From positions 1 through 29,060 of the IMG/VR virus record IMGVR_UViG_3300027679_000027: a DNA stretch of 29,060 bases. One strand, written 5' to 3'. The position numbers and the translations under genes were made by a program. Within the stretch, counting starts at the first letter, position 1. Every line of letters begins with the position of its first letter. The notes beneath the pieces are model-generated. The model made no database searches. It was not told where the DNA came from and was given only the letters and a program-made list of their open reading frames with translations. Of this stretch, positions 16,647 through 25,688 are shown piece after piece. This DNA is from a virus. Its lineage: Duplodnaviria; Caudoviricetes.

Positions 16647-18071
16647 ATGGTGCAACCAATCAATTATATGTCGCAAATCCCGCAGCCTGATCTTGGGCAG
16701 AGCTTACTCAGCGGCTTACAACTTGGAACAAGCATTCGAGAAATTCAAGAAAAGCGTGTCGCGGCAGAACAAGCCGAGCAAATGAAGGCGGCTTATAAGA
16801 CTGATTTGCAATCAGTTTTAGATAACCCATCTATGAAGGCATTCAATGATTTTTCATTGAAGTACCCGCAACAAAGAGAAGTTATAAAAGATGTTGCAAG
16901 TCGATTTACCACAGAACAACAAGATGCTGAATTCAACATTGGCAGAGATGTAGCTATTGCACTTGAAAATGATAAACCCGATGTTGCGCTAAGGAATCTT
17001 AATCAAGCAATCGAGGCAAGAAAAGGGTCAAAATTATCAACAGCAGTTTATGACCAAGTACAACAAATCTTGTCAAACACTGATGACCCAGACCGTATAA
17101 AGAAAGCCAAATTTCAAACAAATCTTGCCTTAAATTTACTCAACCCAGAAAAAATGGCCAAAGTTGTTGAAACTTTAGAAAAGCAAAAACTTAAGACTGA
17201 CGAAGGCTACACATTGATGCCAGAAAGTGAAAGGGCAAAACTAGATTTACCAGCAGGCACATATCAGAAAGGGCCAAAGGGTGAAGTTAAGTTATTGGCT
17301 GCAACAAAAGAAGATTTTAAACTTCTCACAGCAGCAGAAGTAAAAGCAGAAGGCTTGCCCGCAGGCACATACCAAAAAAGCCCATCTGGTGAAATCAAAC
17401 CTATTGTTAAAGAACCATTGGTTTCTGTGACTGTTGGTGAGCAAGGCAAGCGAGATACTTTGGCTCTTAAAGAACTTGATGTGCCAAGGGCGCAAGAGTT
17501 TTCTGCATCAGCAGCATCGGCAAGAACACTTGCAAGAGATGCAAGAGTTATTGCAAATTTGCTTAAAGGCAAAGGCGGTGGTGCTGCAATTAAGTTGGGG
17601 GTCGATATTGCCAAAAATTTTGGTTTTTCTACTGACACTGTAGTTGCAAATGATCTTGCCAACGCCTTAGCAATTCGTGGTGCAACTCAAATAAGGCCGC
17701 CTGGTTCGGGTTCAACATCAGACACAGAATTCAGGGCATTTGTTTCGGCTTTCCCGTCATTGGCAAACTCAGAAGGTGGTCGGGAGTTGATGGCAAAGTA
17801 TGCCGATGCTTTTGCGAAACGATCAGCAAAAATTGCAGACCATGCAAGAAAACTCATCCGTTCTGATACTTACAGCGAAGAAGAAATTGCTAGGTTTGAC
17901 GAAAGTCTTGGTCCTGTTCTTGACAAAGATTTTTATGAATCTGTAAATACAGGCCCAAGAGCAAATGTGCCGAGATATTCTCCATCAGCAGCACCAGCCG
18001 CCGCACCAGCCGCTGCTCCGAGAACAGTTGATTCTGTGCTTCAGCAATATCTGCCAAAGAAACCAAAGTAA
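16647..18071 (+). CDS. DNA transfer/ejection protein (gp20 position)
   Basis: Helical, 474 aa, second of three ejection genes, with a GSTSDTE motif. Confidence 0.65.
   Translation: MVQPINYMSQIPQPDLGQSLLSGLQLGTSIREIQEKRVAAEQAEQMKAAYKTDLQSVLDNPSMKAFNDFSLKYPQQREVIKDVASRFTTEQQDAEFNIGRDVAIALENDKPDVALRNLNQAIEARKGSKLSTAVYDQVQQILSNTDDPDRIKKAKFQTNLALNLLNPEKMAKVVETLEKQKLKTDEGYTLMPESERAKLDLPAGTYQKGPKGEVKLLAATKEDFKLLTAAEVKAEGLPAGTYQKSPSGEIKPIVKEPLVSVTVGEQGKRDTLALKELDVPRAQEFSASAASARTLARDARVIANLLKGKGGGAAIKLGVDIAKNFGFSTDTVVANDLANALAIRGATQIRPPGSGSTSDTEFRAFVSAFPSLANSEGGRELMAKYADAFAKRSAKIADHARKLIRSDTYSEEEIARFDESLGPVLDKDFYESVNTGPRANVPRYSPSAAPAAAPAAAPRTVDSVLQQYLPKKPK
17201..17405 (+). repeat. Two-copy 36-aa tandem repeat inside the ejection protein
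   Basis: EGYTLMPESERAKLDLPAGTYQKGPKGEVK versus EDFKLLTAAEVKAEGLPAGTYQKSPSGEIK; 108-nt period. Confidence 0.75.
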
Positions 18072-18077
18072 ATCAAA

Positions 18078-20210
18078 ATGGCAACATCACAAGAATTAGA
18101 ACAGGCACTAATGGCTGCTGATGCGGCTGGAGATGTTGATGCCGCAACATTGATTGCCCGTGAAATTCAGATTAGGCGTGAAACAGGGGGTGAGCGTGGC
18201 ATAGTTCCTATGGTCGGTGATGAACCATTGCCTAGCGAAATGGCACAAGCATCTTCCGTAGAACCAACGCCATCAGCAACAGTAGAACAGCAACAATTAC
18301 CATCCTTAGAACAGCAAGACGCTGGCATCCTTAGTCGTTTAAAAAACTTACCATCAGCCATTGTGGAGTCTGTAACTGGGTCGGAAAGGGCGACAGAGGC
18401 CACTAGAACGCTGCCAGAGTGGACAACCATGCCAGAACTAAATTCGTTTAGTTTTCAGAGTGCTTTAACTGGTTTAGGAACACTGCTTTCCACGACAGAC
18501 CAAGCGGTAGAAATCATAAAAGCCAATTACCCTGCAACAGAAGTAATGCAAGATGAAAAAGGGAATTTCATCTTACGAAGCTCAATAGATGGTAAAGATT
18601 ATGCAATCCCCCCAGGCGCTTCTATGGGTGACTTGCCAAGGGTTGTTGGCGGCATTGCGGCATTCACGCCTGCTGGCAGGGTAACAAGTATTTTGGGTGC
18701 TGGTGCTAGTGGTGCAGCTACTCAAGCAGGCATTGAAGCGGCAAAAGTTATTGCTGGACAGGCCGCGCCTTTATATGAAGGCCGTTCTGGCGCAGAAATA
18801 AAACCTCTTGAAATTGCAAAAGATATAGCGATTGCGGGTGCAGGGGGTGCATTTTTTCCAGCCGCACAAAAAGGTTATCAGGCGACCAAAGCGGCTATCC
18901 AGCGTCCCCCATTGCCAGACGTAGTTGATACTGCCCAGCGTGCGGGTGTCCGTTTAATGACCACGGATGTTTTGCCACCAAAAACATTTACAGGGAAAAT
19001 TGCACAAGCAACAGGTGAGCGCATACCTTTAGTTGGAACTGGTGGAGTTCGTGCCACGCAGCAACAAGAACGCATTGATGCGGTTAGAAACTTGCTTAAC
19101 GATTACGATGCATCTGATTATGCAAAGTTAAGCGATGATGTTTTAAAAGATTTAAAAGAAGTCAAATCAGCAGAGATAAAAAAATACACAGCATCAAAGT
19201 CTGATGTTATCAATCGCCTGAGAGACAAAGGCAACGTGCCAGTACCACGCGCACTTAAAGTACTTGATGAGCAAATTGACGAGCTAAAAAGTCGCCGCAC
19301 ACCTGCTGCTGACGAAGCCGTTGAGCGCCTAAGCGAAATCAGAGCCACGTTGCCTGATCGTAATTTGTTCCAGATTGAGGCTTATAGAGCTGACGAACTT
19401 GCAAAAGTATTTATGGATGATGCCCGCCCTATGAGTGCAGCAGCAAGAGACATCGGGGAAAAAGCCGTTAGAAAAATATACAACCCAGTTCGTGAGGACA
19501 TGATTGACTTTATCAAGCAAACAGGCGAGCGCCGAGATGTTGATAAGTTCATGGTCGCAAATAAACGTTTAAGCGATGGGGCAAAAGATGTACAAAATGC
19601 CGCACTCAAGCGCGTTCTTACTACGGGCAATGAAAAGCCAGAGGTAATTCAGGATTTATTGTTTAAAGGTAAGCCAAGCGAAGTGCGTGCGCTTTATGCA
19701 CGGCTAACGCCACAAGGCAAAGCCAACGCTCGTGCAGCCGTTCTTGCCAAAGCTGGTGCTGACGCATCACGAGATATTGGTATGGATACTGTTATCAGCC
19801 CAACAGTTTTTGCCAACAACGTCAAGAAAATGGGTGATTCGATAGGGGTGCTATTTATTGGTGACGATTTAAAAAGAGTAGAAGGGTTAACACGGGTTTT
19901 AAACCTTACCCGCAGAGCAGGTGATGCGGCTGCCGCCCCGCCAACTGGGGTGCAAGCTACGCCGTTTTTAATTGGCGGCCTGTTGACTGATTTGTTTGCA
20001 GGTTCTGGTGGTGTGTCAGCGGCAAAAGCAGCAGTTACGGCTTCTGGTGTTGGTTTAATAGCGCGGGCTTATGAGTCAGCCCCTGTTCGTAACCTGCTGT
20101 TGCGAATGGCAAACACCAAGCCTGGCTCACCTGCTGAGACGGGGATTTTTCGCCAACTGCAAATACTTGGACAAACAGAACGCCAATTCGGTGATGAAGG
20201 AGAACAATAA
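18078..20210 (+). CDS. Large DNA transfer/ejection protein, P22 gp16-like
   Basis: 710 aa, third ejection gene, with the C-terminal ARAYESAPVRNLLLRMANTKPGS motif. Confidence 0.75.
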   Translation: MATSQELEQALMAADAAGDVDAATLIAREIQIRRETGGERGIVPMVGDEPLPSEMAQASSVEPTPSATVEQQQLPSLEQQDAGILSRLKNLPSAIVESVTGSERATEATRTLPEWTTMPELNSFSFQSALTGLGTLLSTTDQAVEIIKANYPATEVMQDEKGNFILRSSIDGKDYAIPPGASMGDLPRVVGGIAAFTPAGRVTSILGAGASGAATQAGIEAAKVIAGQAAPLYEGRSGAEIKPLEIAKDIAIAGAGGAFFPAAQKGYQATKAAIQRPPLPDVVDTAQRAGVRLMTTDVLPPKTFTGKIAQATGERIPLVGTGGVRATQQQERIDAVRNLLNDYDASDYAKLSDDVLKDLKEVKSAEIKKYTASKSDVINRLRDKGNVPVPRALKVLDEQIDELKSRRTPAADEAVERLSEIRATLPDRNLFQIEAYRADELAKVFMDDARPMSAAARDIGEKAVRKIYNPVREDMIDFIKQTGERRDVDKFMVANKRLSDGAKDVQNAALKRVLTTGNEKPEVIQDLLFKGKPSEVRALYARLTPQGKANARAAVLAKAGADASRDIGMDTVISPTVFANNVKKMGDSIGVLFIGDDLKRVEGLTRVLNLTRRAGDAAAAPPTGVQATPFLIGGLLTDLFAGSGGVSAAKAAVTASGVGLIARAYESAPVRNLLLRMANTKPGSPAETGIFRQLQILGQTERQFGDEGEQ

Positions 20211-20693
20211 ATGTCCGCAATATCAGTAGAACCTCCATATCCAGCATTTGCGGATGCTGATGGACAGCCGCTTGATGATGGGTACATCTTGATTGGCACT
20301 GCCAACCTGAACCCGATCACCAACCCGATTGCTGTATTTTTTGATGAGGCTTTGACGATTTCTGCTGTCCAGCCAATCCGCACCAGTGGGGGTTATCCTG
20401 TCTACCAAGGTACACCAGCACGAATCTATACCGCAAGCGATTACTCCATCCAAGTACAAAATAAGAATGGTACGGTTGTCTACACATCATTAAATGGAAA
20501 TATTTCTTTTGGGTCAGTTGCAAGTAATGCAACTGGTACGGGGGTACAAACAATATTTTCGGTTTCGTCTGAGCCATCAACAATTTACATTAACGGCGTT
20601 TACCAGAATCAGAACACATATACTTTTGCTAGCGGTAATGTGACATTCAGCCAAGCGCCACCATTTACCTCGATAATCGAGTTCTTGATTTAA
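20211..20693 (+). CDS. Stand-alone tailspike head-binding (P22 gp9 N-terminal-like) adaptor
   Basis: PYPAFADADGQPL..GYI.IG....P..NP...QPIRTSGGYPVYQG...YSIQVQNKNG, followed by one small GTGVQTIF..INGVYQ..VTFSQAP domain. No catalytic domain. Confidence 0.8.
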   Translation: MSAISVEPPYPAFADADGQPLDDGYILIGTANLNPITNPIAVFFDEALTISAVQPIRTSGGYPVYQGTPARIYTASDYSIQVQNKNGTVVYTSLNGNISFGSVASNATGTGVQTIFSVSSEPSTIYINGVYQNQNTYTFASGNVTFSQAPPFTSIIEFLI

Positions 20694-20696
20694 GGT

Positions 20697-21569
20697 ATGG
20701 CTAATAGCAAAATCTCTGCGCTAACATCAGCTACCACGCCGTTGGCGGGTACGGAGACTTTGCCTGTTGTTCAATCAAGTGCAACTACTCAAGTATCTGT
20801 TGCTAATTTAACTGCTGGCCGATCAGTCAGCGGTGCTAATTTTGTAGTGACAAGTTCAACAATTCCTGCAAATGGCGTATATCTTCCTGCCGCCAATTCT
20901 GTAGGTATTGCCACAAATTCTGCCTTAAGAGCAACATTTGACGCAACTGGACTGGGCATTGGTACAACTCCATCCGCAAAACTTCATGTGGTTAGTTCAG
21001 TTGCCGAAGTTGTCAGATTAGAAAGAACTGCAACAGACGTTTGGCGATTTTCGTTAAGTGCAGGCGCATTTTTATTTGTTGACGTAACAGCCGCATCTGA
21101 GCGTTGGCGAGTTGATACTAGCGGCACATTTATTTGGCGACAGTCATCAAATCAAACTGTTACTTCTGTATCGTTCAATACAACCATTGCAAATGCACTG
21201 ACCCTTAGTTCAGCGGGAAATTTGACTGTCAATAGTCCTGCTGGTATAGGATTTGGCACAGGTGCTGGCGGCACAGTTACACAGGCCACATCACGAGTTA
21301 CAGGTGTAACGCTGAACAAACCTACTGGTGCTATCACGCTTGTATCTGCGGCGGGGCTTGCAACTTTTCAAAGTTTTACAGTTACCAATTCAACCGTTGC
21401 GGCTACTGATGTTGTTTATGTAACGCAAAAATCAGGTACTGATCTGTATCAGATATTTGTCACGGCAACCGCTGCGGGTAGCTTTCGGATAACTTTTGCA
21501 ACAACGGGCGGCGTTACGGTTGAACAGCCAGTGTTCAATTTTGCTGTCATCAAAGGAGTAACGGCATGA
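20697..21569 (+). CDS. Tail fibre-like protein
   Basis: N-terminus MANSKISALT..TPLAGTETLPVVQ, a GLGIGTTPSAKLHV fibre motif, and a C-terminal domain shared with 9487-10662. Confidence 0.75.
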   Translation: MANSKISALTSATTPLAGTETLPVVQSSATTQVSVANLTAGRSVSGANFVVTSSTIPANGVYLPAANSVGIATNSALRATFDATGLGIGTTPSAKLHVVSSVAEVVRLERTATDVWRFSLSAGAFLFVDVTAASERWRVDTSGTFIWRQSSNQTVTSVSFNTTIANALTLSSAGNLTVNSPAGIGFGTGAGGTVTQATSRVTGVTLNKPTGAITLVSAAGLATFQSFTVTNSTVAATDVVYVTQKSGTDLYQIFVTATAAGSFRITFATTGGVTVEQPVFNFAVIKGVTA

Positions 21570-21751
21570 CCTATCTTGCTTTTGTAACCCATGACACACA
21601 GACCAACACTTTGGAAGCTACTTGGCTTGAACTTGTTGGAGAAGAACTCAAACGCACAAAATGCCGCAGTTATTCAGTAGATCAAAAAGATGAATTTTTG
21701 TCTGATTGCGGAGATGACGGATTGAAATACATAACTTTAGCAGGGTGGTAA
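21566..21751 (+). CDS. Hypothetical protein (possible fibre accessory)
   Basis: ATGA overlap; SD AAGGAG. Confidence 0.65.
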   Translation: MTYLAFVTHDTQTNTLEATWLELVGEELKRTKCRSYSVDQKDEFLSDCGDDGLKYITLAGW

Positions 21752-21754
21752 ATC

Positions 21755-22045
21755 ATGGTAGTAACTTGGACAATCACACAGCTTGAACACAAGATAGCAA
21801 ATAAATTTGTGACTGTTGCACATTGGACTGCAACGGCGACAGATAAAAATTATTCATCATCTGCGTCCAATGTTTGCGGTTGGCCTGATGGAGAGCCTAC
21901 AATTCCATACGATGAACTTACACAAGATATAGTGCTAGATTGGGTTTGGGCAAATGGGCCAGGTAAAGATGAAATAGAAGCAAATTTAGCGTATGAAATT
22001 GAATTGCAAAAAAATCCTGTCAGTGCAACTGGCCTGCCTTGGTAA
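21755..22045 (+). CDS. Hypothetical protein (fibre-associated, ends GLPW)
   Basis: TWTITQLE...AHW...IPYDELTQDIVLDWVW...GLPW pattern, recurrent next to fibre genes in aquatic phages. Confidence 0.7.
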   Translation: MVVTWTITQLEHKIANKFVTVAHWTATATDKNYSSSASNVCGWPDGEPTIPYDELTQDIVLDWVWANGPGKDEIEANLAYEIELQKNPVSATGLPW

Positions 22046-22060
22046 CGTAAAGGAAAAATC

Positions 22061-23398
22061 ATGGCTTTGACTAAATCATCTTATTCAATGATTACTGGCG
22101 CACCAGCAAACGTACTGGACTTTGGAGCAGATGCAACTGGTGTCACAGACAGCAGTGCTGCATTTGTTGCGGCGAGAGATACTGGAAAATCAATCTTTGT
22201 GCCAAAAGGTACTTATCAAGCATCATTTGGATTGTTAAATAGCCAAATAATTTATGGTGAAGGGGCGCGAAATACGTCAGTCCTTATTCCTCCCGCTGGC
22301 GCAAGTTTTGTTATTGCGTTGCCATCTTCTGTGTCAAGCCGTCAACATTGTCAGATTCGAGATTTGTCCATTCAAAACCCTAATAATGTAGCAAGTTGCG
22401 TTGGAATTTCTTTTGCTGGAACCGACGTAACAAGCATTAATGATAACCATAATGTGTATAACGTTTACATTAATGGTTTTCAAATTGGTATTTACGCAAC
22501 AGGTAGATTAATTTTATGCACTTTTGAAAATGTGGAAGTTGATAGCTGTACAACTGGAATGAGAATTGACGGTGACCCAGCAAGTTACGCAGTAAATTTA
22601 AACACATTTATTATGTGCCGCTGGATTTCTAGCGAGCAAGAAGGCGTGCGGATTACAGGGTATAACATTGCAAATAAGTTTATTAGTTGCAATGTTGAAG
22701 GAAATAATACAGACCTAGTTGCTGGTGTTGCTGGTATGTATGTTGAAGATGCAGAAGGTTTATTTTTAGATAACCCATATTTTGAGTTAAATGGCTCTGC
22801 TGTTGCTGTAGATACCGTAAACCCGTTAAATAATAGTATTGGTTTATATTTAACTGGCGAGCGTTGTTTTAACGTGCGGGTAACTAACGGTTGGATGGTT
22901 CAATCGGGGACAATAATTGCTGTAGATGTAACCGCAGGAATTATTGGTGGTGAAATTTCAGGTATTCGATTTGCCCCTGACACAGGTGGATTTGATGTTT
23001 ATGTTGGCGATAAGTTAAACGGCATCAACGGGCAACCAATTATTATTGACTCCAATAATTATTTCTCTGGGCAGCTAAAGATTCTTTCCCCCGCCTCTGG
23101 TTTAACTGCTGGTGCTGTTCGTCAAACTTCGGCTACTCAATTTCTTGCAGCCGCAACTACAATTGATTTGCGTGCGGCTAATAAATTTTCAGTTTTTAAC
23201 GCAACTGGATTTAACCTTATTGATATTACAAATCGTTTTCCTGGCATGACCCTGATGATCAGTAATATTGGCGCTGGCACAGTAACGATTGATGCGTCTT
23301 TAATGAGCAGTGGTGTTGCATCAAGTCTTGCCGCAAACGTATCAAAACAATATTTGGTTTTGGGGTATGGCAGTATTGGTAAGTTTGTAGAGATTTGA
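22061..23398 (+). CDS. Tailspike/depolymerase, pectate lyase-like beta-helix
   Basis: NVLDFGADATGVTDSSAAF...IFVPKGTY...IYGEG motif with Asn/Ile/Gly-rich beta-helix rungs; AT-rich. SD AAGGA. Confidence 0.85.
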   Translation: MALTKSSYSMITGAPANVLDFGADATGVTDSSAAFVAARDTGKSIFVPKGTYQASFGLLNSQIIYGEGARNTSVLIPPAGASFVIALPSSVSSRQHCQIRDLSIQNPNNVASCVGISFAGTDVTSINDNHNVYNVYINGFQIGIYATGRLILCTFENVEVDSCTTGMRIDGDPASYAVNLNTFIMCRWISSEQEGVRITGYNIANKFISCNVEGNNTDLVAGVAGMYVEDAEGLFLDNPYFELNGSAVAVDTVNPLNNSIGLYLTGERCFNVRVTNGWMVQSGTIIAVDVTAGIIGGEISGIRFAPDTGGFDVYVGDKLNGINGQPIIIDSNNYFSGQLKILSPASGLTAGAVRQTSATQFLAAATTIDLRAANKFSVFNATGFNLIDITNRFPGMTLMISNIGAGTVTIDASLMSSGVASSLAANVSKQYLVLGYGSIGKFVEI

Positions 23399-23470
23399 AA
23401 AACATGGTAAAAATTCAAACATAATGCTGAAAATCATATTTGCAAACTTTTAATTAACTAAGGAGTAATC

Positions 23471-23827
23471 ATGTCAACAAATAGTCAAATTGCATTTGCG
23501 CCATTGGGCGAAACGGTTGTTATTGCGGCAACTACCTCTGCGCCTACTGGTCTGCAAGTGCCAGTACACGCACGACTAGATGGGCAGGCAGTTGGTCAAT
23601 ATCGGGTTATTAATTCCAGTACTACAAACACAGTATTTTTGGGTTTTGGTTCTACTGCGGCTTTGGCTGCGGCAAATGCCGTTGCACCTGTTGCTGGTAC
23701 GCCATCATCTGCTATTGTGCTATTGCCTAGTAGTGTAGAGATTTTGCGCTTTAACACAAACACGTTTTTTAGCGGTTTGGCTGCTGGGGCATCTACTGTC
23801 TATATCGTGCAAGGCGAGGGCATTTGA
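23471..23827 (+). CDS. Hypothetical virion-associated protein
   Basis: Strong SD TAAGGAG; beta-rich; ends VYIVQGEGI. Confidence 0.7.
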   Translation: MSTNSQIAFAPLGETVVIAATTSAPTGLQVPVHARLDGQAVGQYRVINSSTTNTVFLGFGSTAALAAANAVAPVAGTPSSAIVLLPSSVEILRFNTNTFFSGLAAGASTVYIVQGEGI

Positions 23828-24024
23828 TGGTTGAAGATACCGATACACGGCTGGCGGTGCATGAGGCGGTTTGCGCTGAAAGATACACGGCCATTGAGAA
23901 GTCGTTTGTTTCAGGTTCACAGCGCATGACCCGCATTGAGTACTTGCTTTACATCGTTATTGCGGCTGTGCTGTTTGGCCCAGGCGTTGCCGGAGAGCTG
24001 GTCAAGAAAATCTTGGGGCTGTAA
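23827..24024 (+). CDS. Small membrane protein (XhlA-like, lysis region)
   Basis: RLAVHEAVCAERY...RMTRIE coiled coil plus one C-terminal TM segment; TGATG overlap. Confidence 0.7.
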   Translation: MVEDTDTRLAVHEAVCAERYTAIEKSFVSGSQRMTRIEYLLYIVIAAVLFGPGVAGELVKKILGL

Positions 24025-24690
24025 ATTGATCCGCTCAGCATCCTGTTTGCCGCTAACGCTTGCGTTGCCGCTATCAAGCAAGGATGCAAACTCTACAAAG
24101 ATGCAAAAACATCTTTCATGGAGATCAAGTCAGCCGTCAATGACGTTGCTGGTGTCGCAAACGAAGTCCGTGGGTTCTGGTCTAAGCTCTTTGGAACAAA
24201 ACAAGACGCGCCAAAGCCTGTGGCGAAAAAGAAGGAAACCTATGTAGCTGTTGACGAAACGCAAGTCATGGCAGACATCGTTGTCCAGCTTTCTCAATTC
24301 TTTAAACTGCAAGAACAGCTTGCCGACCACATAAGGGAAGAAGAAGAGAAAAGCAAAACCATCTACGACCCTGATGCTAACTTGATGGAAGCTGCGCTGA
24401 AGCGGGTAATGGCTCAAGACCAGATGGCGCTGTTGGAGGTGGAGATTCGAGAGGCAATGGTGTACGGCGCTCCTAAAGAGATGGGGGCTTTGTACTCAAA
24501 AGTTTTTGATATGCGGGATGTCATTAAGATAGAACAGGACAAGGCAAGGAAGAAACGGGATGATGAATCATGGCAACGCAGGGAAGGGGAACGGCTGCTA
24601 AAAGAAAGGCAAGCGTATCTGCTGGCGACTTTTCTTTTCCTCCTGTATATGTGGCTCCTCCTAGCCCTCTTAAACAGGACTGGGAGTTAG
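24025..24690 (+). CDS. Coiled-coil protein with C-terminal TM; probable ATT start
   Basis: The frame is open from ATT 24025 (IDPLSILFAANACVAAIKQGCKLYKDAK...) to the first ATG at 24118. GGGG lies 6 nt upstream of the ATT. Confidence 0.65.
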   Translation: MDPLSILFAANACVAAIKQGCKLYKDAKTSFMEIKSAVNDVAGVANEVRGFWSKLFGTKQDAPKPVAKKKETYVAVDETQVMADIVVQLSQFFKLQEQLADHIREEEEKSKTIYDPDANLMEAALKRVMAQDQMALLEVEIREAMVYGAPKEMGALYSKVFDMRDVIKIEQDKARKKRDDESWQRREGERLLKERQAYLLATFLFLLYMWLLLALLNRTGS

Positions 24691-24692
24691 TG

Positions 24693-24875
24693 ATGGGTTG
24701 GATTGCCGCTTGTTTGCTTGTAGTGTTACTGTTACCTATTTTAGGTATGCTGTACATGGATGTATTGCAGGCCAAACACGAAGCCAAACAGCAGATTGAA
24801 AAGATGGAAAAATTACGCAGAGAAGTTGAAAAGGAAAAACGAAATGATTCCAATAGTCGCATCCCTCCTCGGTAG
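24693..24875 (+). CDS. Small single-TM coiled-coil protein
   Basis: MGWIAACLLVVLLLPILGMLY followed by a charged helix; SD GGGAG at 24682. An alternative start at 24570 is possible. Confidence 0.6.
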   Translation: MGWIAACLLVVLLLPILGMLYMDVLQAKHEAKQQIEKMEKLRREVEKEKRNDSNSRIPPR

Positions 24876-25353
24876 TCTTGCCCAAAACGGGCTGGGTCTG
24901 CTGTCTAGTGCTATCCAAGCCAAGGGCAAAGAAGTTGTCGAAAAAACTTTGGGTGTAAAAATACCCGACAACCCAACCGCAGAAGATGTGAGCAATTTGC
25001 GCCAGCTTCAGTATGACCATGAAGAACGCTTGCTGGAGTTGGGTATTGAGAAGGCCAAGATGGAATTGGCTGAACTTGATCTGCTGGCAAAGGCTGCACA
25101 GAATGACGCTGACAACATCACAGATCGCTGGCAAGCTGATATGTCTAGTGACTCTTGGTTGTCAAAGAATATTCGCCCTATGAGCCTCATAGCCATCTTT
25201 TTGGGGTACTTTCTGTTTGCCATGATGTCTGCCTATGGGTATAACGCCAACGAGTCCTACGTCACTTTGCTGGGCAACTGGGGGATGCTGATTATGGGTG
25301 CTTATTTTGGTGGTCGCACGATTGAAAAACTAGCCGACATGAGGAAAAAATGA
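24844..25353 (+). CDS. Holin (3-TM, GTA-release family-like)
   Basis: RWQADMSSDSWLSKNIRP, two C-terminal TM segments and AYFGGRTIEK; overlaps the endolysin. Confidence 0.82.
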   Translation: MIPIVASLLGSLAQNGLGLLSSAIQAKGKEVVEKTLGVKIPDNPTAEDVSNLRQLQYDHEERLLELGIEKAKMELAELDLLAKAAQNDADNITDRWQADMSSDSWLSKNIRPMSLIAIFLGYFLFAMMSAYGYNANESYVTLLGNWGMLIMGAYFGGRTIEKLADMRKK

Positions 25354-25688
25354 GCCTTAATACTGAACAAGCCGCATTCCTGTTGGATGCCTGCAAACTG
25401 ATTCAATACGCCACAGAGCAAGGGTTCTTGGTTACAGGTGGTGAAGTTGCTCGTACAGTTGAACAGCAAGCCATCTACTTCAAGACGGGTCGCAGTAAGA
25501 CCATGAACAGCATTCACTTAAAGCGATGCGCCATTGACTTGAATTTTTTTAAAGATGGCAAGATTATTTGGGACAAAGAAATCCTCGCCCCGCTGGGTGT
25601 GTACTGGGAGACTCTGCACCCTAAAAACCGATGGGGCGGCAATTTTAAAAGTCTTGTTGATTGCCCACACTTTGAGCGTAATGTCTAA
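25350..25688 (+). CDS. Endolysin, peptidase M15 (L-Ala-D-Glu peptidase-like)
   Basis: RT.EQQ, SxHxxxxAxD (SIHLKRCAID), WGG and DxPHFE Zn-peptidase motifs. Confidence 0.9.
   Translation: MSLNTEQAAFLLDACKLIQYATEQGFLVTGGEVARTVEQQAIYFKTGRSKTMNSIHLKRCAIDLNFFKDGKIIWDKEILAPLGVYWETLHPKNRWGGNFKSLVDCPHFERNV

Noticed and set aside
20691-20699. Programmed readthrough fusing the adaptor and fibre (TAA-GGT-ATG in frame)
   Set aside because: TAA is rarely read through, and the downstream gene has its own typical N-terminus. Similar in-frame spacing occurs at 14699/14703 and 21751/21755.
10336-21569. Diversity-generating retroelement TR/VR pair
   Set aside because: Both copies are coding, differences are not adenine-specific and include many synonymous changes, and no reverse transcriptase is in the window.
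23395-23435. Canonical promoter TTGAAA...CATAAT before 23471
   Set aside because: The spacer is 19 nt and the region is AT-rich, so the match is too weak to call.
24570-24875. o-spanin lipoprotein (IAAC lipobox-like) overlapping the upstream gene
   Set aside because: The Cys precedes rather than follows the hydrophobic segment, so there is no valid signal peptide II.
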